DNA of 63,608 nt, filler included, from Octopus bimaculoides (Eukaryota): assembly GCF_001194135.2 (NCBI RefSeq). It is 5 parts of 5 records of this genome, joined end to end, with 100 filler letters (N's around TTAATTAATTAA, not from the genome) between each part and the next. Parts side by side here need not be neighbours in the genome. Positions count along the whole stretch, not along the records: positions 1 to 26,385 come from NC_068981.1; 4 more parts are not named here. One strand, 5' to 3'. The notes below the pieces were generated by a model. The model had not been told where the DNA came from. It did not search any database and saw nothing but the letters and a program-made list of their open reading frames with translations. Below are positions 1-12,364 of the stretch, in pieces; the stretch's first letter is position 1, and the number at the start of each line of letters is the position of its first letter. A program made the position numbers and the translations under genes.

Positions 1-55
<55 letters not shown>

Positions 56-106
56 CATATATGTATATATGTATATACACATATATATATATATATATAT
101 ATGTAG

Positions 107-260
107 TAAATCCAGAAAAACGAAGAGCAGACACAAAAAAAAACAGGAACGCGAGGACGTGGTACATGTAAAGTATTAACAAACGCTCAGGGAAAGAAAG
201 AAATAAGTATAAACTTCTGTGCAGCTTTTTTCAGAGCCTTCCTTGGCTCGAAGCGAACTA
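107..260. mobile_element. Probable Penelope-like element terminal (pLTR) remnant
   Basis: Contains GAGCC-TTCCTT-GGCTC-GAAGC (234-254), a degenerate hammerhead-like stem II plus GAAA, similar to other PLE-end remnants in the window. The adjacent 261-874 has no convincing ORF. Confidence 0.35.
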
Positions 261-1059
261 AATTCAGTTAGATGTTTACTGTCTAAGGTTCAGAAGAAAA
301 TGAGAGAAGGTTGTTTTGAACCTGAAATCTGCTATGTTTGTAAACTAGTGAGGTCGACATCGATTTCACACCAGTTGCTGGCCGAAGTCAGGGTTCTAAG
401 AAATTAGGTCAGAGTTTATGTTACCATTTTGGTAGACTGATTCGTGCATTGCAGTAGATGGGTACTTAATAAGTTTACTGTCAAGTATAGTTCTTGTAAT
501 GTATTTTATTTTAGGGTGGTTTCTGTTCTATGTTATGTTCTTAGTTATTCAGATATTTTCGTGGCTGTAGTGTTAATTATACTGTGTAGTAGAAAGGAAA
601 TAGAAAATATTCTAGATTGGTTAAGAAAAGGCCTTGTATTCGGGGAGCTTAGGACATGTGCTTCTACCTTTTCTTTCCCACCCATCTGTGGGTGGGATAT
701 TGACTTATCTAGAACGTATGTTAAATTTCTTGAAGGTTTTGGCATGTTCATGAAAGCATAGTAGGACCTGTTCCAGGCTGCTATTAAATCATTTGTGTCC
801 CTTTGTAAAAAGTTGGTGTAGGTCTTCTATACACAACTCATATGCATTTCTCCCAATTCCGTATGGTCTAGTCGNNNNNNNNNNNNNNNNNNNNNNNNNN
901 NNNNNNNNNNNNNNNNNNNNNNNNNNNNNNNNNNNNNNNNNNNNNNNNNNNNNNNNNNNNNNNNNNNNNNNNNNCGTGCGAACTCAAAAAGGAGAAATGG
1001 TGACGAATGGAAAAACAGAGGACGTCATCATTTTTTCTCCTTTTCATAAGCAGTACGAA

Positions 1060-1327
1060 GTAACACAATGAAGTTTAGACAGAAAGTGTTATCATCAGTA
1101 GAGGGGATGCACCTTGGGTACACCTATGGCAATTAACTTTGCTAACGTCTTCATGACAAAATGTGAGACATAGTCAATAAAAACATTGAAACCCCTTTGC
1201 GGACAGGTGCTAATACTCTGGTTAAAGTTCATTACTGATGTCCTTTTTTGTTTGTAGTTCAGTTAAGTTTTTGCATTTCTGTAATTGTTTCGCAAAAACT
1301 ATGGCTTTAAGTCCAATATAAACTTCT
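1060..1327 (+). pseudogene. Penelope-like reverse transcriptase fragment with stops, cut off by the Gypsy LTR
   Basis: Manual translation gives ...CYHQ*RGCTLGTPMAINFANVFMTKCE...LWLKFITDVLF..., matching the PLE RT motifs Qx(2)GxxMGTxMAxxxANxFM and WxRYIDD. Confidence 0.7.
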
Positions 1328-1583
1328 TGTTGTGGCGAGAGTCATTGACACCCCTGTGAGATTGGAAGAATGGACTAACCGAACTCTTATAAAAAGTAGC
1401 GTATTGATTGAAACTAAGAGAAGTCGCTAGAGTCGTTTAGAGTTCGTAGGAAGTCGTTGAGTCTTTGAGAGTTTGCATTTATCTTAGTATTGTGTTTAGT
1501 GGAGTAATTTGAAGTACGTTCTTTGAAGACAGTTGTGTTTAACCCGCTTCGTGAAATCTGTATACTTAACGTATAGAAGGACA
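1328..1583 (+). repeat. 5' LTR (256 bp)
   Basis: TG...CA termini; colinear with 3533-3818 at roughly 80-85% identity by eye. Confidence 0.85.
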
Positions 1584-1695
1584 TAAAAGTGGCAACAAGG
1601 ATATCCACTTATAAAAGTGACGACGAGTTTATTCGAAGCTTACGACGGACGTTAACATTTTCTTTTGATACAAAATCAAAGAAAAATTAGTTACC

Positions 1696-2648
1696 ATGGA
1701 AGACTTATTAGCCTCCTTTGGTGCAGTTGCAACAGCAACAGCAGCAACAACAGCTACAGCAGCAATTACAACAACAACAACAACAACAATACCAACAGTT
1801 GCTGGAATTAATGTTAAAGTCTAAAAATACTTCAGGTTCGTTCTCGCCAGACAGCGTAGCAAAGGCAATTGCAGAATTTTGTTATAATCCGGAAGAAGGT
1901 ATTACTTTTTCTGCATATTTCCGAAGATATGAAGAAATATTCAAAGAGGAATGCAAAAATTGGACGGACAACGAGAAGATACGACTACTTTTAAGAAAAT
2001 TGTCCCCTGCCGAACACGAAAAATATTCTAACTGCATTCTGCCAAATCCATGTGAAATTTGTTTCAATGAAACAATTAAATTGTTATCGAAAATTTTCAG
2101 TGGGAGAAGTTCTCTGTTCAATACTCGTTGGGAGTGTTTGAATTTAGTTATATGAAGATGATGAAGATTTCGTCACCTATGCCGGAATCGTCAATAAAGA
2201 GTGCGAAAAATTCAAACTAAAAGAATTAACTCCGGACATGTTCAAATGTGTGATTTTTGTTCAAGGATTAACTGCAAGAAAAGATGCAGAGATACGTGCC
2301 CGGATATTGACAAAATTGGAACAGAACCAAAATTTGACTCTGCAGGCAGTGACAGAAGATTGTCAAAGAATTATTAATCTTCGACATGACGCAAATAAAA
2401 TCGAAGAAAAGGATTATTCTCACATATATGCGTGTTGGCCTGTAACGGATAAGGAAAAAGAAAAACGTAGATCAAGCCCCAATTCATGCTGTGGGCGCGG
2501 AGGTCTACATTTTAGAAATAACTGTCCGTTTAAAAACTTTAAACGTTTTAGCTGCCAAAAAATCAGACATAAGGTCCCACATTGCAGAGTGACACAAAAA
2601 GGTCGAACGGAAAGCATTCTGGAAAGATTTTCTCAACAGAAATTCTAG
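1696..2648 (+). pseudogene. gag: gag (frameshifted) with poly-Gln N-terminus and degenerate Zn knuckles
   Basis: ORFs 1718-2155 and 2238-2648: FSPDSVAKAIAEFCYNPEEGITFSAYFRRYEEIF, FKCVIFVQGL, and CxxCxxxHxxxxC-like / CxxCxxxxHxxxxC motifs. Confidence 0.85.
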
Positions 2649-2667
2649 GCGAGGCTCACAAAAGACT

Positions 2668-3400
2668 GTAGTAGATAGTTATACTAAGTGGCCGGAAATA
2701 TGTAGATGTAGGAAACCAACCTCTACGCTAACAATAGAATTTCTTCATGAACTCTTTGCAAGATTTGGTATCCCGGGCATCATAGTATCCGATAACGGTG
2801 CGCAGTTTGCGGCGTATGAGTTTAAAAATATTTTGCAAGATGTACGCAGTTGACACATCACTACTCCACCATATCACCCAAGATCAAACAGGCAAGCGGA
2901 ACGGTTCGATGATACATTTAAAAGAGCATTAAAGAAATCAAGAAACGAGCTAGTCGATGATGCAGCATTGACACAATTCTTTAGGGGTTATAGGATAACA
3001 CCAAACCCAAACACTTGTTCAGGCAAGTCGCCTGCGAAACTAATGTTTGCTTGAAAAATAAAGTCAATCTTTAACAACTGTTACTAGTAAGAAAAACAAA
3101 TAGGGAAAACACTAAAAATACGACAAAGTATTTTAATATCGGTGACAAAGTGTTTTTCAAAATATATAAAAATAGAAGAGAAAATAGAAGAGAAAGACGG
3201 AGTAGTAAGAAAACGAATAGGCAAAATGATGTATATGATAAGAGGCGAAAATGGGAGCACAAAAGACATTTAAACCAGCTAAGAAATAGATATACGGAAA
3301 AAAAGAAGAAATACCCATGGAAGTGCTTTACAACACCTTTGCTGTTCCAAAGTCTAAACTAGGCGTTGCAGCACAAGAAAGGGGAAACAAACAGAACGGT
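2668..3400 (+). pseudogene. Integrase core remnant (DDE)
   Basis: VVDSYTKWPEI...LHELFARFGIPGIIVSDNGAQF...TPPYHPRSNRQAERF; frameshifted. Confidence 0.85.
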
Positions 3401-3532
3401 TGGAAGTAGTGCCTAAAAGGAGGAAATATTAAACTTCCTTAGGAAGTAAATCTCAAAAGGACAGATGTGGTGAAAAAAAAAAAAAAATAATAATATTAAC
3501 TTCCAATGGAAGTCAATCTCAAAAGGGGGAGA

Positions 3533-3818
3533 TGTTGTGGCGAGAGTAATTGACACTCCGGTGGAATTGGAAGAATGAACTAACTGAACTCTTATAAAAA
3601 GTAGCGTATTGGTTGAGACCGAGAGAAGTCATAGTAGTCGTTGAGAGTTCGTGGAAATCATTGAGATCGTTGAGAGTTCGTGGAAATCATTGAGATCGTT
3701 GAGAGTTTGTATTTATCGTAGTATCGTATTTAATGAAATAATTTGAAGTACGTCGTTTGAAGACAGCTGTGTCTATCCCCGCTTCGTGAAACCTTTATAT
3801 CCAACGTATAGAAGGATA
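3533..3818 (+). repeat. 3' LTR (286 bp, with an internal exact 29-bp tandem duplication)
   Basis: Follows the PPT; GTTGAGAGTTCGTGGAAATCATTGAGATC occurs twice in tandem. Confidence 0.85.
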
Positions 3819-3944
3819 TAAAGGTGGCTACGAGGATATCCACTTATAAAAGTGGTGACGAAAATATCCACTTATAAAAGTGCCAACGAGGATATCTGCT
3901 TATAAAACTTGTGGAGTTTTTTAAAAAACTGGCGTCGAATTTAA

Positions 3945-5249
3945 GACACAAGAGTTAAGCTATCAGAATGACAGAACTATTTTACAAACCCACGTTATCC
4001 AACATTTATCTCATACAAAACCACCACAATTGAGCTGGCTAAGTATCTTGAAACATCTAACGACTGAATGCTAAAGCTCATTGAAAACCACGAGAAACGC
4101 AAGAAGCTCATTCTGTCTTGAAGGAGAGCCAAAAATTTGCTTTTGAGTTCATGCATAATACTCAGATTGAATAGCATGATGGAAGTATGGCAACTATTGT
4201 TGCAAAGGTGAAATCAATGGCAAAGTAAAAAGCGTTTGAACAATTGGCTGCTTGGTGGAAACAAAAAACCTCTTCATGGCAAATATGTGACCCGTAGCAA
4301 ATAAGCTGATGTAGACCATAAGCTCACTCATTGGTGGATACGAAACTCAGGGCTAAAGGCAGAGAGCGAAGGCTTTCTCTTAGCTGCTCATGATCAGAAC
4401 TTACTGACTCGGAACTACAAAGCCAATGTGATGAAAAATGGAGTAGACCCAAAGTGCCGATACTGCAATGTTTAGATTGAAACAGTGGACCACCTAATAC
4501 CTGGATGTAAGGTTTTCGTACCTGTAGAGTACAAATTAAGACATGACAGAGTTGGTCAATATCTACACTGTATAATGTGTCGGCGTTATAAAATCAAAAC
4601 TGCTGACAAATGGTACAAGCACTACCATGAGGTTGTAACTGAGGGAGAAAATGTAACAATTCTTTGGGACTTTCCAGTACATACAGACCAGACCATCGAA
4701 GCTAATAAAACCAGATAATGTTGTGAAAGACCAAAACAATAAAATCTGTTTATTAATTCACATGAGCATACCTTGTGATCATAATATCTCGGCAAAAGAA
4801 TATATAACTATAAAGATTTGCTGATTGAAATCGAAACAATGTGGTATCTCAAGACGGTTACAATACCAGTGATTGTAGGACTTGGAATGATCAAAGAAGG
4901 AACTGAAAATTATTTGTGTATGATCCCTGGCTTACCATCCATGCAAGAAGTGCAAAAGATTGTTTAACTGGTACGTGGCACGTATTGAGAAGAGCATTGT
5001 CGCTGTGAATTTTCTTTCTTTTCTCCCCCTTATTTTCTTTGTTTTCTTCTTTTTTCATTGTTTCCCCTATTTAAAAATTTTTCCTTTCTCGTTCTTACTT
5101 TCTTCCCCTTTTCTTCTATCACATGACTTTGTAAATGAACAATCTGATGTGTTTATTTTAATGGCCTGCCAATGTATACAGTGAGTTTCTTTGCTCTAGG
5201 CGTCGGGAAGACACTCGGAAAGAAATGGAAACAAAATTGAAAGAAGAGG

Positions 5250-5305
<56 letters not shown>

Positions 5306-5325
5306 CATAATAATAATAATAATAA
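3945..5325 (+). mobile_element. 5'-truncated R4/Dong-like non-LTR retrotransposon (RLE type): degenerate ORF C-terminus, 3' UTR and (AAT)n tail
   Basis: SGLKAESEGFLLAAHDQ, DPKCRYC...ETVDHLIPGC (CCHC), RHDRV, ILWDFPVHTD...ANKPD (PD-D/ExK), KYKDL, ending HVLRRALSL*; (AAT)n at 5250-5325. Confidence 0.85.
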
Positions 5326-7314
5326 CGTTATCGATTTTGATTTGCCATCTTTCAGCATAATGAATCTTCAAAGCAATGTAGTTCGTCTGAATTTTATGAC
5401 AAATAATAAGCCAGCAAAATGTTAGGCACAACAGAACGTTATCATGTAATATACTCACAAGTACCAAAATCATTCATGTTATTGATTAATCCCTGAATCA
5501 ATCCTGATAGAGCTGATCTATGATCAAAGGAGTTTAATTGTGGTCATCCTACCATGTCTTGTGTGTGTTTGTGTGTGTGTGTAGTTTCAGATATTGTCTA
5601 TTTTGGACTGCATCGATCAACATGTCCTTCCTCTTTAAAAACAGCAGGATGCGATTCGAGGAAGATTTAGCTGCTAATTTTAGCAGGTCGAGATTTTTTT
5701 TTTTAAGAAGATATGCTATTATTGGTTCATCTCTCTCGCCAGTTTTAACTTCGAAATATTAGTATTGAACATTAGCAATGAACAACATCCATCCCATTAT
5801 AATAAATGTCTTTCTTTATTTTTATTTCTTTCTAACTAACTATTCAACTAACAAAATCAATATTATCGTTGAATGTTTTAAAACCAGACAATCTTTTTTT
5901 CAATTTCGCAATTATATTTGTACTAACGAGAAAGATTAAACATGGAGATAGTTTATCTCTGCTAAAAACCGCGTTCAATAATCTCTGAATGTAGTAAACA
6001 TGTTAATTCAGTTTTAGGATTGACGAGTTGAGTCGCCTTTGTCGATTAGTAAGTTTGTTAGTGTTTGGTGAAATAAATTTACATCTGTCTGTATGCCTGA
6101 CTGTAAGTCTGTCTGTATGTCTATCTGTCTGTTTGTATGCCTGCCTGCCCGTCTGTCTGTCTGTCTGTTGATCTTGTTTAGTTCCAATTCAGCCCCAATC
6201 TGTCGGATCTATTATCAAAGACGTTCCAACTACGATCATCTTGACTTTTTTTCCAGGCATGGTATTTCTTGGACTACAATACTCTGTGTGTCTTCTATGT
6301 ATTTAGGTCTTTAGAGTGTAATCGAAACAGATTTAGCTGCTAATTTTACCGAGTCGAGCGACTGACTCAATGATTGATTGGGACGACAGCGCAGAAAGCT
6401 TTATATAAAATGTTCTCGTAATATTTTGATAGATTTTCCCCCTTTGATGGAAGCACAAACCATTTTGTTAGATACATAATATGATCAGTGTAATGCAGTT
6501 GTTGTTGTTGTTGTTGGTGGTGGTGATGGTAGTGCTATAGGTGGTGGTAGTGGTGGTGTTAGTGCTATAGGTGGTGGTGGTGCTGCTGCTGCTGCTGTAG
6601 TAGGTGGTGGTGGTCGAATCTATTTTTTGTCTCGTCTCGATCGCTTACACATAGGTCGTACATTGTCTTCTCTGCACGAAATCGAGAGAGAGAGAGAGGG
6701 GGGACGGAGGGAGGGAAACAGTGCTATCATTTTAATATGACAAATTAAAGGAACTGGATTGCGACTGATCTTTGAACAAGTGAATAACGGTGTGGTTATT
6801 CATCCTCATAAAACTTCAACCTTCAGAAGAAATTTGAGGGTCAGTTTATGAATTTTGCAAATCATATTGATGGATACAGTGTACTGAATATGTTTCCTGC
6901 ATTTTTCTTCTTTTTTTTTGCGTGTGTTAAGATGAGTGTGCAAAATATAGTAGAGTCAACTCAAGAAGCGTTGTATCTCTACCCCATGCACAAGACGAGT
7001 CATGAGCTTATTGTTACACAAAATAAATAGCAGCGTTTGAAGAAAGCACTGATAGTCTGTGCGGCAGTTAATGATTATAAGCAGTTGAAACGTGGAATAA
7101 GTTGATTTGCTGTGAAGATAATAAAAAGTTTAACATTTCTTGCTGTATCCTCTGCTGGTGGTGGGGGGTCGATGTTTTTCGATAATGCTGAATGAATAGA
7201 TCGGTTGTAGTGAGAGATGGAAATAAAAGAGAAAATGTCGAAGATTGGAATGAGGAGAAAGAAAATAGTGAAGAATGGGGAAGTAAGAGGTCACTATGTA
7301 TTATTGGTATTATA

Positions 7315-7441
7315 CAGGGTGTCCACAAAGTCTGGGTACATGGAGATTAACACGTACTTTAAGAAATTATTATTTCTTATATTTAATTGTTTATGTTATG
7401 ATTTTATTTACTCCATGTACCCAGACCTTGTGGACACCCTG
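7315..7441. mobile_element. 127-bp Tc1/mariner-type MITE
   Basis: 31-bp TIRs CAGGGTGTCCACAA(A/G)GTCTGGGTACATGGAG with 1 mismatch, flanked by TA on both sides. Confidence 0.9.
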
Positions 7442-8084
7442 TAGTATTAGTTATAAAATTATAAGTCCTTTTATTCTAATAGCTTCTTTATAGGCCCCTT
7501 CTTTTCCTTCTCCGTTGTCCCTTACGCTACGGAGGTTTCAAGCCTTGCCTGGGGCAAATTCGTATTAAAAAAAAACAATAGAAATAAAATAAAAATTGAG
7601 AAAACGTTGTGAATTCTGAAAATCGGGTAAGAGGGAAGTTAGAGTTCAGGAGAAGGTATGACAACGAGGAAATGATTTGGTTTTTACCAAGGACGCTAAA
7701 AAATCGAGAACTGTAGGTAAGTGTATCTCCATCTGTGTTTCTCTACACTTTTATTGTGTATTTCCTTTCTTTACCAATTCACTCCACCCGGTTCCAAAAC
7801 TTTACATAGGATAAAGAATGTGTATACAACACATTTTATTGCATAACATTAACATTCTCTCATTAAACATTAGCGATCTTAAAAGCAACATAAAGGAAAG
7901 TATATCTAGTAAAATAAACAGCACGAGTAAAGATAAAAAATATTTTTCAACCTAAAATCAATTTCTACATTTGAATCAGCAAATTTAATTCCAGAAATCT
8001 AAAATTTCGCTCCAAGTCTAAAAATATCTCGTGGTTAAGAATTGCAGATCTAGATTGATTAGTGAAGTTTTAAACGGTTTCAAA

Positions 8085-8290
8085 TTTTGGCAAATGGCCA
8101 GCAATATTAGGAGAGGGTTAAGTCGGTTACATCGACACTACCGCTCGATTGGTACATATTTTATTGACTCCAAAATTATGAAAGATAAATTCGATCTCGG
8201 CGGAATTTGAACTCCGACTGTAAAATCGGGAGAAATGCCAGTAAGCATTTTGTCCGATGTACTAACCACTCCGCCAGCACGCCGCCTCAG
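8085..8290 (-). mobile_element. SINE family C copy (degenerate)
   Basis: Reverse complement resembles 47277-47470 (GGCGGCGAGCTGG head; AAATTCCGCCGAG...CTTTCAT...AAGTACCA body). Confidence 0.65.
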
Positions 8291-8329
8291 GGACTGATTA
8301 AATGACAATTACACTTCTCATCTAATAAG

Positions 8330-8728
8330 CAGACTGAGCTGTGTGGTAAGATGTTTGCTTCCCGACCATATGGTTCTGAGTTCAGTCCCTCTGCGTGGCA
8401 GCTTGGGCTAATGTCTTCTACTATAACCTCGAGCCGACCAAATACTAGCGAGCAGATTTAGTAGACAGAAACTGAAAGAATACAGTCGTGTGTGTGTGCG
8501 CGCGCGCGTGTTTGTGTGTATCGTTGTGTCTGTGTGTATCGTTGTGTCTGTGTTTGTCACCCATCACCGCTTGGCAACCGGTGTTGGTGTTTTTACGTCC
8601 CCGCAACTTAGCGGTTCGGCAAAAGAGACCGATAGAATAAGTACCAGGTTTTAACGAAAAAAAATCTTTCATGGCAGTGCCCCAGCATGGCCACAGTCTA
8701 ATAACTGAAACAAGTAAATGATAAAAAG
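8330..8728 (+). mobile_element. SINE family A copy (tRNA-like head, internal microsatellite, tail module)
   Basis: Colinear with 23518-23970. Confidence 0.8.
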
Positions 8729-9292
8729 CTAGTAAGCTGACGACTATCTATCACATCTTCTCCAGGTGTGATTCAAGCCACATAAAACAATCTCTTATAA
8801 AATATATAAAATATCATTTCCAAATAACTAAACTCCCTACTGGAATAAATCTGAATAGACTATACACCGTTGAACAAAAACAAAAATTGATATTATTGAT
8901 TCAAAGGAATATTGTGTGATGAAAAGTGATGAAAAGATTAGTACACAAAGATTATTTATAAACGAAGCCTTATCACAGAAACATCCTATTCGAGTTCAGC
9001 AGTGTTGCTGATAGACCATAGATGCAAGACGATTTCTGCCTTTTGATGTTCCTATAAAGCAACAAACATACTTTTCACTGAACAGATATATAGTTTTATG
9101 AATTTATCGTTTCGCTATCGACGCAGAACTGGCTACGTGGTTCAGGATTTCGTATTGTAGGTGTGTATTTATAGGTTCGATCCATTTCATGATATCTTGG
9201 ATTAGTAGCTTTATAATTTATTTTTTAACACAGAGCTGGCATAAAAAACGCACAAAAATCGATCGTGCGTGTTTATATGTATGTGCGTGTTT

Positions 9293-9364
<72 letters not shown>

Positions 9365-9573
9365 ACACACACATATATATATATATACATATATATGTGT
9401 GTTGTGTGTCAACATAATGTAATAAAGTGTTCCCTTGAAAATTGAACACCTAATGCAGAGGATACAAACAGCCACAATGGCAAAACGTGCGTAGGGTATA
9501 AACTGTATCTTGTGTTTATCACACTTTTTTCACACACACGCACGCTCACTCACACGCACACACACACACACCG

Positions 9574-9682
9574 ATAAATTAAGTACCAGTTACGCACTGG
9601 AGTCGATGTAATCGACTTAATCCGTTTGTCTGTCCTTGTTTGTCCTCTCTGTGTGTAGCCTCTTGTGGGTAGTAAAGAAATA
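9574..9682 (+). mobile_element. SINE family C 3' fragment
   Basis: GATAAATTAAGTACCAGTT...GTCGATGTAATCGACT shared with 47380-47420. Confidence 0.6.
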
Positions 9683-9890
9683 ACACACATATATATATAG
9701 GTATAAATTTTACATAGACATAGACGTGGTGGGGAGCAAAAATCCGGTGTTTTAGAACGAAGTTACTTGCGATATTTTGTTCCGTATCATCTAATTGCTG
9801 TCACTCTCCTGTAATTCTCTTCCTTTGCTACCGATTGCGATAAAAATAAATGTATATACACACATACACACATTTACATATATACAATTA

Positions 9891-9923
<33 letters not shown>

Positions 9924-10531
9924 NNNNNNNNNNNNNNNNNNNNNNNNNNNNNNNNNNNNNNNNNNNNNNNNNNNNNNNNNNNNNNNNNNNNNNNNNNNNN
10001 NNNNNNNNNNNNNNNNNNNNNNNNNNNNNNNNNNNNNNNNNNNNNNNNNNNNNNNNNNNNNNNNNNNNNNNNNNNNNNNNNNNNNNNNNNNNNNNNNNNN
10101 NNNNNNNNNNNNNNNNNNNNNNNNNNNNNNNNNNNNNNNNNNNNNNNNNNNNNNNNNNNNNNNNNNNNNNNNNNNNNNNNNNNNNNNNNNNNNNNNNNNN
10201 NNNNNNNNNNNNNNNNNNNNNNNNNNNNNNNNNNNNNNNNNNNNNNNNNNNNNNNNNNNNNNNNNNNNNNNNNNNNNNNNNNNNNNNNNNNNNNNNNNNN
10301 NNNNNNNNNNNNNNNNNNNNNNNNNNNNNNNNNNNNNNNNNNNNNATAGTTTTATTTATCATGAAATATTTTCACATTAAATTGTTGTTTCTCATAGAAA
10401 AACTGCATTTTTTTATATTTTCATCTTTTAAGAATAAATAAAATTTTACAGTAAGTCTAGGAAAAGATAACCATCACCAGCAACAACAACAAACACAACA
10501 TACATAATATGCATATACATACGCACACAAA

Positions 10532-10581
<50 letters not shown>

Positions 10582-10818
10582 GTGTGTGTGTATAAGTACT
10601 GTGAGAATATCATATATATATACATATGTAGATATGTATATATATGTATATGTATATATATATATGTATATATATGTTGTGTATATAATGTATATATATA
10701 TGTGTATATATATATATGTATGGATATAAATATATATATGTATATATATATATATATAAATATAAATATATATATGCATGTATATATGCATGCATATATC
10801 TATACATACATACATTCA

Positions 10819-10854
<36 letters not shown>

Positions 10855-11449
10855 CACGCATTGTGAAAATTTCTACGTCAAAAGATAAGATATTGAATAA
10901 CTATTGCCACCTAAACCGTTCTACAATGTTGGCGTGAATTTTTTATTAGGCATCCAGTTTTTATTTGAACTTGAGCACAATATGTAACAGTACAGTAGCC
11001 ATTTTATTGTTTGTTATAAATTATGATTGATTACTTCAAGAGATGTGATATTTTCCTGTTCTTTGTGTTAGCTCTGCTATTCTATTTTCCTCTCTTTCTA
11101 TTAAAAAAATTTCTTTAAAAAAGTTTGGCCGATAGAGTAAAAACTGGTTTCTAAATTCGGTGCAAAAATAAGACTTTTCATTAGAATTTAAACATCGATT
11201 ACGTAATTGTATGAATGTATTTGCGTGTGTATATATATATGTGTATATATGTATGTATGTAGTGGGGAATCAAAAAGATTCTGGTAATTGATTTTGTAGC
11301 ACACTTCCATATATATCAGGTAAACAAGGCACTCTGAATGAATACTTAAGTATTATCATTAAAATAGTTCTACAATGATCCTCGGCATTTTGCAAATCCA
11401 TTTGTGTAGCAATGGAGTAATGGAAACATATTACGTGGAGTGTTATATA

Positions 11450-12000
11450 GTAAGGAAAGAAGAGCGGAGAGCTCAAAACATTGTTATATTTGCATTGTTG
11501 AATAAATGACGACGCTATTGAAGCGCGTCTTCTTATTTCTGCTGAAATCTACAAGTTTTTTTTTTTCATTCTCTCTCAGTTTATTCTCTTTTATTCTCTT
11601 CTGTTGAAGTCCGTAGGCTTGAAAAGACTTTTTCATTTTTCCCGAGCGTCACACTAATACACTTGCTTGTTGTTCATACACCTGTCTTCGTCTTTTGTTT
11701 TTTCACAAATTTCAACTATTGGCCTTCTTGTTTATTTTCACTGTTTCATTTTCCTGTCGTGTTTTCTGTTCGCCACTATATTCCTTCGCATTACAAATTT
11801 CATTTAATTTGTTTCCGCGGGAAGAGCCATTCTAACAATGCGTCCTGCCCTAATTCTTCGAAACGCTTAGTTTTAGAATGGTGGCAGCAGATGAAGGAAA
11901 TGTTCTCTATGTGGCCTGTGTGTTTTCTGTGCTCTGTTTATGTTGTTTTTCATTTTATCCACATTTTTTGTGACGTCCTGTACCCAGATATGCATCTATG
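11450..12000 (+). mobile_element. Cluster of Penelope-like terminal remnants
   Basis: Ends in TTTGTGACGTCCTGTACCC, shared with 43430-43455 (+) and 34505-34530 (-); degenerate GAAGAGC...GAAAC cores at 11455-11479 and 11821-11865. Confidence 0.5.
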
Positions 12001-12065
12001 TATACATGTAGATGTAGGTATGTACATACATGCACGTATATATGCATATACTCACATATTATTTT

Positions 12066-12101
<36 letters not shown>

Positions 12102-12364
12102 ACATGTAGATGTAGGTATGTACATACATGTACGTATATATGCATATACTCACATATTATTNNNNNNNNNNNNNNNNNNNNNNNNNNNNNNNNNNNNNNN
12201 NNNNNNNNNNNNNNNNNNNNNNNNNNNNNNNNNNNNNNNNNNNNNNNNNNNNNNNNNNNNNNNNNNNNNNNNNNNNNNNNNNNNNNNNNNNNNNNNNNNN
12301 NNNNNNNNNNNNNNNNNNNNNNNNNNNNNNNNNNNNNNNNNNNATATATATATAAACGGATTCT

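Larger units (their letters stand above)
1328..3818 (+). mobile_element. Gypsy (Mag-like) LTR retrotransposon, internally deleted (gag plus integrase core only)
   Basis: Two LTRs starting TGTTGTGGCGAGAGT (1328, 3533), PPT AAAAGGGGGAGA (3521-3532), PBS-like motif after LTR1, gag and integrase remnants. No TSD identified. Confidence 0.9.

Noticed and set aside
1718-1800. Poly-Gln host protein
   Set aside because: It is the N-terminus of the retrotransposon gag, directly after the LTR/PBS.
3818-3908. 28-bp direct repeats as a CRISPR array
   Set aside because: The units are contiguous with no spacers, in a eukaryotic context, and are explained as PBS duplications.
7711-7722. Consensus splice donor AG|GTAAGT suggesting an exon
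   Set aside because: A single 8-mer is expected by chance in 63 kb; there is no supporting acceptor or ORF.
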